Shown piece by piece: positions 54,309 through 64,000 of a stretch of 64,000 nucleotides of DNA. The stretch is from Styela clava. Lineage: Eukaryota. A program made the position numbers and the translations under genes. Positions within the stretch are counted from its first letter, which is position 1; every line of letters begins with the position of its first letter. The notes under the pieces were generated by a model. It searched no databases, had not been told where the DNA came from, and worked only from the letters and a program-made list of their open reading frames with translations. The stretch is taken from the NCBI RefSeq assembly GCF_964204865.1, contig NC_135263.1:13206001-13270000 (forward strand), given 5' to 3'.

Positions 54309-54531
54309 GGTATCCCCGAAGTATGTGAACCAAGATGGCGCACACCGGAACGTAGTACGTTTACCAGTTTAGGGTTAGGCCATAATTTTATTCCAATTTT
54401 CCCTATTTTAGTTAGGGGACTAGCCAAGTGACTCACTTAGTATTTTACCTGGAATTATGGCCTAACCATAACCTGGTATACATACTACGTTCCGATGTCC
54501 GCCATCTTGGTTCACATACTTCGGGAGTACC
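54309..54531. mobile_element. Merlin-like MITE, long-palindromic subfamily
   Basis: About 80-bp inverted arms (GGTATCCCCGAAGTATGTGAACCAAGATGGCG… / …CGCCATCTTGGTTCACATACTTCGGGAGTACC); TSD AAAATTAT / AAAATTAC. Confidence 0.8.
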
Positions 54532-56107
54532 AAAATTACAATATACAAGATAAACACACAAGATGGAAATCCAGGAAAGTTGCCATAACAAATTGAAATT
54601 TAAAACACGAGACACAGAGGCACTGCACATAAGCCCATAGTCATAGTGGATCGGAGAATTTGGAAGGAGAATTGTAAGGGGGTAGGGGGTGAATTTAGGG
54701 GTGTAGTAAGATGTAGAGTGCTGTTATGAGGGAACGTTGTTTAAAAATTTGAAAAACACTGGCATAGGCAATCTCACTCATAAGGTGCAAATTTACGTAT
54801 ATCGAATCAAATATAGAACATGCAATTATATTTTGAGCCTCAACTAGTGGTTCCCAAACAGGGATAGCCAAAATCTGAATAATTCACTATTTCAAATGAA
54901 TTACAAAATATTATGATTGATTATGAGCTTCTATTTATTAGCACTTAATGCAGCTTATACAGATGATATTGCTAATATGGCTTATTTCTGAGATAACAAC
55001 TCTCGATAACTGAGGGTTCGTGTAGAATGAATAAAAAAACAAGATTATAAAAACCCAGTGCTTTTGGAGCAAGTTCAAAAGTACATGTCTTGTAATGAAG
55101 GTGGAAATAATTTACAGATTCCAAATCAATAAAAGAGTGTGAATGCTTATAATTTATTGGCTCTTTGGTGACATCTACTGTCTGCTTTTACATGCAGGTT
55201 GACCAAAAAAACAAAACCCAGGTCATATGGAAATAATGATAGAGAGGACATGACTTTTGTGCAAAACTTTCTAGATTACTGGAACTTTTAGGTACAAGCG
55301 TACAAAAACAGAAGTTAAAGTGTTGAATGAATTTCTGTCATTTTCAGAGATATAATTTAGAAATTTGTGGGTTAATTTTTTTGGGTCACCTTGTGTATAA
55401 TTTGAGCCTGAAAAATTAATTGATATATATAATTGAATATAACAATAGTTCAAATTAATAAAATATTTCAAGAATTTCCAAAATCACTAGTTAACTGTGA
55501 ATCAACAGTGAATTGATACCACATAACTCTTGCAATCGTATAAAGAAACAAGAGATTGATGCTCAAATATATGAACAGTACGTACAAGTACAAGCATGCC
55601 AGTGATCATAACAAATGCGATCTCGGAACCGCTACACAAGGTCATTGCAGAGAAAAAACAAATCACAATGAACCCACTGAAATTTTTGAAATAAATAAAA
55701 GCTTTAGCAAAAAATACGATCTTCTTATCCACTGAAACTTTCAACGCAATTGGTCCAGTAGTTAAGGAAAAAAACGATATTTTCATAATGATGAGAAGAA
55801 AAATCCCAACAAGAACAACAACACAATAAAAAAACGATCCATATGTATGTTTCGTGTCCAACAAGAGAGGGTGATTTCCACCAGGCTTATTCATAGAAAA
55901 AAATGCATAGCTAGTAAGAAGGAAACAACATACATTTTGGCAATGCTCCAAGTTTCTGTACCAGAGTGATAAATAGAAATGCGAGTGATGATTCGGAACT
56001 AAACAATGTTGAAGTATGATACAATTACTGTACATGAAAAAAAATCTATTTGAAGCAGCAGTTCTACCTATATGATTCAATCATCTTGATGCACAATGAC
56101 ACAAATG

Positions 56108-56320
56108 GGTATTCTCGTAGTATGTGTACCAGGTTAGGGCATAATCTTATTTCAATTTTTCTACCGGTATTTTAGTTAGAGTATGAGTTCGGGGACTGTC
56201 TGTGTTGGCCAAGTGAATATACCCCCTGCCCATACGTTTAAATGCCTTTACACAACTTGATGTAAAATAGGCAAACAAAATTAGTTACCTCCATATTGGT
56301 ACACATACTTCTGGAGCGCC
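56108..56320 (+). mobile_element. Merlin-like MITE, copy 4
   Basis: Same family; perfect TSD CACAAATG. Confidence 0.8.
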
Positions 56321-56482
56321 CACAAATGAACTTTAAATGAACAGTTTGGCCATAGATAAATAATGCTTGTTTGAAATTACTTTGGTCAGACGAAACCTCA
56401 CAGAAACACATTCCTGTCAGTGTGCGACAAGACTAGATTTATATTGAATTTTAACTCTTGCTGTGACATCCTTGTATTATAC

Positions 56483-56757
56483 CAGTGGTTCTCAGACAGT
56501 GGGGCGCGCCACACAGGGGGGTGTAGACAATTTTCTTGCCCACCTTATTTCGGATATTAAAATTTCAATACTTTTCATTTATTGCATTATTTACAAGCCA
56601 TCCTCGTATTTTCAACGTGTTTTGTTAAAAAACAACATATTTTCGCCTTACTATCTGTTTATTTGTAGCTTATTGTAAGCTAGTTATTTTTGAGGTGGGC
56701 CGCGAGACATGACAAATTCTAAAATGAGACTCGGCTTAAAAAGTTTGAGAACCACTG
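56483..56757. mobile_element. hAT-type MITE
   Basis: TIR CAGTGGTTCTCAGAC / GTTTGAGAACCACTG and a perfect TSD, TATTATAC. Confidence 0.9.
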
Positions 56758-56804
56758 TATTATACCACCAAAGTCTCCAGACATCAAAGTAAAAAAATAC
56801 TCAC

Positions 56805-56881
56805 TCTAGACTGAGTGTGAGAGGTTTCGTCAAGTAGAAAAAATCACTGACGTTACAATTTGTAAACCCAAGTGTGTCGAT
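56805..56881 (-). CDS. INPP4: INPP4 exon (C2 domain)
   Basis: IDTLGFTNCNVSDFFYLTKPLTLSL, phase 0-2. Confidence 0.82.
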
Positions 56882-57155
56882 CTAAATTGAAATCAAAATT
56901 ACAATAAAAAAATTCATGAAAATAATACGTTAATTTCATTGTATTAAATCAAAACATCAATACAGAATAAGAATATCATATTTATTTCAATATGTTCCAA
57001 ATGTGAAGAATATGACTCACTATATATATTCCTATGCCCTACCAGACGGACAGTCAGATGGTATTAATAGATATAGCAAGTTCAGGTTAATAAATGATTT
57101 ATTGGCTGAACTAGAAAGTCAGTAACCTTATTATTAAGCATAATATGTTTTAGAA

Positions 57156-57458
57156 CAGTGGTTTTTAAACAATGGGGCACGCACCACAAAGGGGTAGACA
57201 TTTTTTGGAAGGCGTGAAGCTAATTAAAAATGAAAATATTTGTTAGATTTGATCTTGCCTGCCATTTTTTTAGATATTTACATTTCTTTATTTTGGATAT
57301 TTACATTCCATAGACGTATTTTCAACATATTTTTGGATAAAACATATTTTCGCCTTACTATCTGTTATTTGTAACTTTTTATCAGGTAGTTATTTTATAG
57401 GTGGAGCGCGAGATTTGACAAATTGGGGGGCGCTGCTTAAAAAGTTCGAGAACCATTG
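57156..57458. mobile_element. hAT-type MITE related to 56483-56757
   Basis: Similar TIRs and internal sequence (ACATATTTTCGCCTTACTATCTG). Another element end, CAGGGGTGGGCAAC, follows at 57467. Confidence 0.8.
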
Positions 57459-59203
57459 TTTTATAGCAGGGGTGGGCAACTTCTCTAGTCGACGGGCCAG
57501 ATGTGGGAAGATGAAGTCCCCGCAGGCCGGATTATTAGAAAAAATACTTCAGTATCAAATCTCTGTCAACTTTACGTTTCTTGGGATATTCCATGGTTAA
57601 TAAAACTCAATATAAAATCTAATTTCTAAAATCTATTTATATTTAGAATCTAAATATAACGAATAACAGTAGTGGGAAATGTTTACAACGCTCTATTGTT
57701 TGTTTGAAATAGTAGTTGCTTAATCAAACATTGTTAGATATGGGGGGTGGGGGGGAGCCACTGGACAGTGGTACAGAGTGGAGTTGTTCAGAGCAAAAGG
57801 CATGAATAAGCAGCGTTCTATAAAAACAAAAACAAAATGTGACTCAACGATTAAATTGAATATCAGAAAAAGAAACTCAGCAGGATAGTCTGGCTTATAA
57901 CCAGTTTTCACTGCGACAAACGAAAGAATATTAACTGCGATTAACTTACATCATTAACATCAGCCATCATCAATGAGGCGTGGCTAATGGCAAGTACATA
58001 AATCTATGAATAAAATGAAGCCATACGTTATTTCATTGGCTAGAAACCAGGAAACAATCATCAAAGGTCTATATTGAGCAATTCACAATGAAGTGATATA
58101 GTGCAATAGGAGACAGTCATAACTCATAATAAGATCAAAGAGTCGACTTCATTTGACCTCTGACACTTTAATAAATAGAAAACCATATTATGCATTGCTT
58201 TCTGTTGCTGATATACACAGATGTATTCAGCATTTCCTTTCGTAATGATATATTATTTGAATTACGTCAGGGATGGACAAACTATGGCCCATCAAAGCAT
58301 TGCTGCCCTTCGCAAAAAAAACTTTGCCCACCCACGATTTAGGTAATATATCTGCGCATAAGCATGGCCTATTGATGTATCACAATTTATTTACGAGTAA
58401 TACCATGTACGCATGTAGAATAAAATTTGAAGTGAACATTAATATATCAATGCATTGAATGTTATGGAAACACCCAAGGTGTGATGTAACTGAGAAAGCT
58501 TTGTAAGTGGATATGACAAATCTTCAAGTAAACTATGATGCATATGGAACACATTGAGTAAAAATAATAAAAGAAGTACAGTTAAATCAATGCTTTGAAT
58601 GTTGAGTCACTTAAAAGAAAACAAAACTCTTCATAGTAACCATATGACTAATTCAAAAACAACTTTCGAAGCAAGTATACCGAATGGTAAGTACCCAACA
58701 GTTTCTAGTATTCAAAATTTTTTTTGTCTATTTTGATATAAGACTTTAAATCTAAATTTTACCAATTGATGCATGACAAGATATAAAACATATATATCTA
58801 GCATACAAAAGCATTGATTGCAACTATTTTGTGATAAATAGTGTGTTTTGTTGAAAAATGGTTATCCAAAAGTCGTTTTTTATGACCTCTAATAAACGAC
58901 AGTACTGCATTAATATCAAATGAATATATATACTCTTTCATATTATTCTGGAAATGCAGCAGTCGTTGAATATCTAACTAAGATTCATATTATGTCAATT
59001 TTAATATATATTGCTCAAGCCATCAAAGAATCAACTATAATTTGGACGGATCAAAATCTTTCTGGTGCGGCATTGCCAACCCAAGTTATAACAACCTGAG
59101 TGAGGGGTGAGAGTAATTTTGTAGGAGTTATGGGACCAAAAATTTCCGAGTCAAATGGTAGCATACAAAAATGTAATTGTGAGGGAATAAAAAATCGACT
59201 TAC

Positions 59204-59376
59204 CGTTCCATTTTCCTTTTTTTGAACTAGTACAAATCTCAATACAGTGTGTGGAGTGATAAGATGTGATTGATAGAAACTTAGTGTAGCAACAAAATGA
59301 ACATCAGAAGCAGCTTTGACTTGATCTGTCTTGAATACTTGTGTTAAATCAGTGGCAGGAGGTAACAATGAAAAAA
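59204..59376 (-). CDS. INPP4: INPP4 exon (C2 domain)
   Basis: FSLLPPATDLTQVFKTDQVKAASDVHFVATLSFYQSHLITPHTVLRF…ENGT, phase 1-0. Confidence 0.85.
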
Positions 59377-60297
59377 CTAAAAGAAATATTAAACAGTGAA
59401 TAATTATTATGTCAGATGTAGGAAAAATCTAATAGTTGTGAAACATATATATTCAATGTATAGCGTGTTCATAAAATCCTGAATTAAATTAGGTAAAAGA
59501 GTTGATGCACTTTGTTCCACTAATAGTGGACATATGAAAGTAAGTTAATTGAAGTAAAAGAGTTAATGAACCAAACACTGATTAAACTCAAACTAGGATG
59601 TATTAAAAACTGAGTTCTTCAGAACAAAATTTAGATAGTAATAGGACTTTATTAACTCACAGTATATTCCATGAATATGAATATTGGAAGGCGGAAAATT
59701 GGAATAAAAAATGATTTGAATTGTTTTTTCTATTTTATACATTTCTCGGACATTAAGTGTCATCATACCTTGAGACTATTCATATTCATCTAAAACGATT
59801 ATTTTTCAAATGAAATTAAATTATTCCTGAAGTGTAGAATTGAAAATATTAAATATAATAAACTTTGACATTGTTTCAGACAGGTAATCAATGTACAAAT
59901 GACAAACGATATTTATTTCAGGAACCAATACTGGAACCAAAATTCATTCAATCATATTGATTTATGAATAGAAATAAACAATCATGCAGCATGTTGATTT
60001 AATTTTAGAACTTTTGATACATTGCGTCTCTAATAGAAACCCAGCAATTTTAAAATAACTTCAATTCTTTGAATAGTGACAAACTCAACCATGAAATTTG
60101 TGATCTATTTTACATCTGAATGAACAAAAACATCTTCGATATGTAATAATATAATGTAACTTTCACTACGATTCAATTAGGGAAATCTACATCTTTCAGT
60201 ACTTGGTTGGCAGTGAGTTCTCATCTATTTACTGATATTTTACTATTCTGACAAACAAATTTCACCTGGAAGGTTTTTGTCTAAATTTAGTCTAATG

Positions 60298-60410
60298 AAG
60301 TGTTTCCCAACCTATGGGTCGCGACCCAAGAGTGATGGCGGCATGTGATTTTACAAAATAATTCCTTTTAAAAAATTTGGGTCAACTGGAAAAAAGTTTG
60401 GAAACCACTC
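60298..60410. mobile_element. Short hAT-type MITE related to 36367-37156
   Basis: AGTGTTTCCCAACCTATGGGTCGCGACCCA… / …GTTTGGAAACCACT; TSD GTCTAATG / GTCCAATG. Confidence 0.75.
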
Positions 60411-60977
60411 GTCCAATGCAATCTAATACCTCATATTTATTTTTCTGATCGTTTCAAATTGAAGTATTCAAGAATAGAGTCAATCAGCGTTTGAGTAACG
60501 CACCACCATAAATTCAATGTTTTAGTAAATTTTGGCATCTCAATGGTTATTCATAACTTTGCTCAGAGTTGAGTTTGATTTATTTCTTAGTGTGATCTTA
60601 TTTTTTAACCGAATTGTCTTATGAAAAAACGTTAAGTGTTCCAGAATTCTGTTTGGTAAGTTTTTTGATTATGAATATTTTACATGTTAAAATTCCATGT
60701 AAATATACTCTAGTTTGCAGCAAAACCAGGATATTTGCCATATTTCACTACATGAAAGTTAACATGAATATAGTTTCAGATTTTTGTTCAAACTAAATTC
60801 TTTGTACACATTTTAACAGCAGTGGGGAACGGCTAACTTTAACATACATTTTAATATCAATGGATATGGGCATTTTGGAGAATACCATGAGTCAACCAGA
60901 GCTAGGAATTTTTATTTAAGTCATAATCATGAAAACATAATGAAAATGTTATTCCAGACATATAGTTGGCTACTCAC

Positions 60978-61071
60978 CTCTTATCTGAATAGAACGTTTA
61001 TGATCGATAGTTTTAGCGATGTTCAGATCAACACAACTGAGTCCAAGCTCAAGAACTGGTAAAACTGAATC
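60978..61071 (-). CDS. INPP4: INPP4 exon (start of C2 domain)
   Basis: DSVLPVLELGLSCVDLNIAKTIDHKRSIQIR (compare INPP4A EPILEFSLACSEL), phase 0-1. Confidence 0.85.
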
Positions 61072-62063
61072 CTGTATGAAAAATAAAGCAATGGCGGGTA
61101 AAATTAAATTTCATTCAAATATACGTTATTTTTTTTAAAAAATACTCCTATTAAAATTACAGATAATCAAGAATAATTGAAAAACCCATGCATTTCAAAT
61201 GAAATTTTTCAATATTTGAAGAGAAATTTTTGCAGTAATAATATATGGAAAAGACGCTTTAATTAATCAGAACAAGTTGAAAATACATAGCACAACTGCT
61301 GCAAGCAAATATCTTCGATGTGGACTTATCTAGTGGCAAACCTATGTTACTGAGATTAAGTTGACAAACAAAAAAATTTAAACAAAACATAACGAACACT
61401 AAACATAAAAATAAATCAAAATAATGGGGACAGGTCAATTTGAAAACAATTTCAACAATTACACACGTTATACACAGTAGTAAAATAAAGAAAAATTTGA
61501 AAAACTTTGAAGGCTATGCATAGTATTAATAAGTGCATGCTTCCGTGTATCTGTAAGCCGAAGTAGACGAAAAGAATACAATTTAACATAAAACAAGCCT
61601 ACTCGAATAAAAATTTCTGGTATCATGAAGGATGTCAAAACAACATTCAGTAATAAAACGGAATCAGTAATCATATCGGAAAAATTTTTATTCGAGAATT
61701 TAACACAATAAACATTTTGTGTGAATGCACATCACCAGCTGTGTATGTTGTATTATCAACTCATTAAGGCCATTAGGGTAATGGTATAACAGGCAGCGAT
61801 CACAGTAAAGCCCTATTGTATTCTACACATATCCAGCATGCCTTGTATAAATTCCTTTGCAATATATTTTCAAAAGTTGATTCAGAGAAAATTTTAGGCA
61901 AGCAGGCAATTCTACATGGCTACAATGAAGCAACTGTTATTAGCCTTTAAATTTGATATAGCTAAGCCAACATATCACATATGCCAAGCCAACATATGCT
62001 GCATAAGATTCGTGAAAACTTGAAAAAATGCAGGTTTATTTCAGAAGAAACTACATATTATAC

Positions 62064-62175
62064 CTTGTCATCTTTCAGACAACTTGATCTTTTAGATTCA
62101 GAATATATAAACTTGATTTCAAATTCAAATTCAAGTACATGCGATGCAAAATCATCCAAGTATTTCAAAAAATGG
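62064..62175 (-). CDS. Candidate alternative INPP4 exon (second exon of an alternative N-terminus)
   Basis: tttccag acceptor, HFLKYLDDFASHVLEFEFEIKFIYSESKRSSCLKDDK, weak GTATAA donor, phase 2-0. Confidence 0.35.
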
Positions 62176-62956
62176 CTGGAAATTATGCTGTTAGCAAGGC
62201 AAAATTGATCGGTTTTAACCGCTGTTGCTTGTTCTTGGAGTAAGTCGAATAGTTATATAATGAACTAATAAAGATCTAAAGATAATGGTATGTGCGAATT
62301 AATTTTTGTCAGGAGAATTTGCATTGGAAATAAGGAATCCTATCTCAGATAACAGTTAACGATTTTATATAACATCCAATGAACCATAATGAAAAAAGTT
62401 TTCAATACCAAAATTTTTGCAATATGATATTTATTTTCAACAATGCAATAGGAGAAAAATGGGAAATTAAAACAAAATATGACTCAATATCATCTTTCAT
62501 GCTTCTATTTTGAAAAAAAAAGTCTGCATACCAGAATGCATTATTATTGGTTAGCTTTAATGTGGTTATTACAGCCAAGTTGGAATTTCATATACGCAAC
62601 TTATCTTCATATCAATTGTAGAGAATTCTACTAGGGACAGCCAAACTTGACATCTTTACTATTACCAATATGTTATATAAAAACATAAATATAAAATATT
62701 TGCTGAATACTGAACATCAAAATTTGTATAAATCATTGTATATTGACAGATATCAGAAAAAATGATGCAGAAAAAAACTATTGTTTCAACTTTCAGGTAA
62801 TCTTTAACAATTACATTTTAATTAAGAAAAAGAATTTTTAATATCGATTTTAACATATCCTAATTATGGGTCTATTTCGCCTATCTATCTGATGTTAAAA
62901 TATACTTTTATACACAAGAAACGAATAATTATTTTTGAAATCACAGAATTAAATAC

Positions 62957-62985
62957 CTCAGAATGCATTCCATTACCCGATCCAT
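62957..62985 (-). CDS. Candidate alternative first coding exon of INPP4
   Basis: ATG-MDRVMECIL plus AG|GTATTT, phase 2, joins 62064-62175 in frame. Confidence 0.3.
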
Positions 62986-63193
62986 TTTCAGTATCCCTCA
63001 ATGCAGCTTTTTTAAAGTATTATTGATTAATTATTGGTCTATTTTGAGTACTACCGGTAAGTTGCAGTGTCTAATTGTGCTAAAAAATCCAGGCTGAAAA
63101 TAGAATTAGTCACACAGAGTTCATGCACCATCAAGGTGTTTCAACTTTCTACAGCATGCTTGTTCATTTGCAATACATTACATGTAAGCTCAC

Positions 63194-63322
63194 AGGAGAT
63201 AAAACGACGTTTTTACGGCGATTCTTCACTTTCATTTTCTTTTTCTTAGTTTCTGTACCCACTTCAACATCGGAAAGCGTCATGTTGTAATCCTTAGGAA
63301 TTAATTTCCGTCGTGACAGCAT
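63194..63322 (-). CDS. Candidate alternative first coding exon of INPP4 (polybasic)
   Basis: ATG-MLSRRKLIPKDYNMTLSDVEVGTETKKKKMKVKNRRKNVVLSP|GTGAG, phase 0, with an upstream in-frame stop. Confidence 0.45.
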
Positions 63323-63422
63323 TGGTGAACTCTTGAATCAGTTTTGATGATTTTTATTTCAATAAATATACCAGAGCGAATGAAAATTTGACTGAACACT
63401 AGGAAAGGAAATATAAACTCAC

Positions 63423-63494
63423 ATTTGCTGATCTTGTTTCTTTTATGATTGTTTGTGGCATTGATGATGGCGGCTGAAGATTTTGTTGAGAACT
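63423..63494 (-). CDS. INPP4: INPP4 linker exon
   Basis: tttcctag acceptor and GTGAGT donor; SSQQNLQPPSSMPQTIIKETRSAN, phase 0-0. Confidence 0.72.
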
Positions 63495-63868
63495 CTAGGA
63501 AACATAGAAAAAAAAAGGACTGGAGAATGTTGCAAAAATTCAAGATTCAAGAGCAATGTGACAATTTCGAAACAAAAATAAAAATGTTCATGGTTTTTTA
63601 TAGAATTTTAGTTTGTAAAATTTAGCGACATCATTATTTTATTAAAAAGAGGACATTTTTGATCAATTGAAATTTAGATGAGTCACAAGGTAAATTTCTT
63701 AAACAGCAAACTATCGGACATAAAAAAAAACTTGATAGGTATACAATCTAACCTGATATCTAAAATATGAATATAAACCAAAGGCATATAAACAAAAGTT
63801 GATTGAAAAATAAGGTGAAATTCACAAAAGTAGTCAAGTAAATCAAGATAATACCATACATATCATAC

Positions 63869-64000
63869 CTCTCCCAACATATTTTGTTGTTTCATTAACA
63901 TTTCATATTTTTCCTTCAGTTTTGTATAATTGGCATCTTCTAATGCCTTTATCCATTGTTTCGCTTCCGCTGGTTCACTTGCAAGAAAGTAAGTACTTCT
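63869..64000 (-). CDS. INPP4: INPP4 exon, C-terminal strand and helix of a PH domain (truncated by the window edge)
   Basis: RSTYFLASEPAEAKQWIKALEDANYTKLKEKYEMLMKQQNMLGE|GTATG, with the PH-domain WIxAL helix. Confidence 0.78.

Larger units (their letters stand above)
28668..64000 (-). other. INPP4: INPP4A/B-like inositol polyphosphate 4-phosphatase gene span (5' end outside the window); 22 coding exons listed separately
   Basis: The exons sum to 2805 nt (934 aa plus stop). All introns are GT-AG and phase-compatible, and the sequence is collinear with the INPP4A family. Confidence 0.93.

Overview
AT-rich, intron-rich animal genomic DNA, not prokaryotic. The intron size and repeat style suggest an invertebrate chordate such as an ascidian (inference only). 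Three host genes lie on the minus strand. (1) The 5' part of a Roundabout-like immunoglobulin-superfamily receptor: signal-peptide exon 16842-16893 and Ig1 exons 4466-4678 and 2609-2746, running off the left edge. (2) An intronless PDE9-like cyclic-nucleotide phosphodiesterase (24333-25703). (3) A type I inositol polyphosphate 4-phosphatase (INPP4A/B-like), of which 22 phase-compatible coding exons were reconstructed by hand (28668-64000, about 934 aa, continuing off the right edge). It has an N-terminal PH domain remnant, a C2 domain and the CKSAKDRT active site. Between the first two genes sits a decayed hAT transposon (about 20796-23650). INPP4 introns carry many MITEs with readable 8-bp target-site duplications (hAT-type and a Merlin-like family with internal telomere-like repeats). 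The most unusual observations are: candidate internal first exons that would give PH-less and PH/C2-less INPP4 isoforms; a tandem triplication of the 3' splice site of an Ig exon; the intronless PDE9-like gene with pocket substitutions and an upstream CRE; and an apparent CpG-rich to CpG-poor domain boundary near 28 kb. All exon calls are manual, and nothing was searched against a database.
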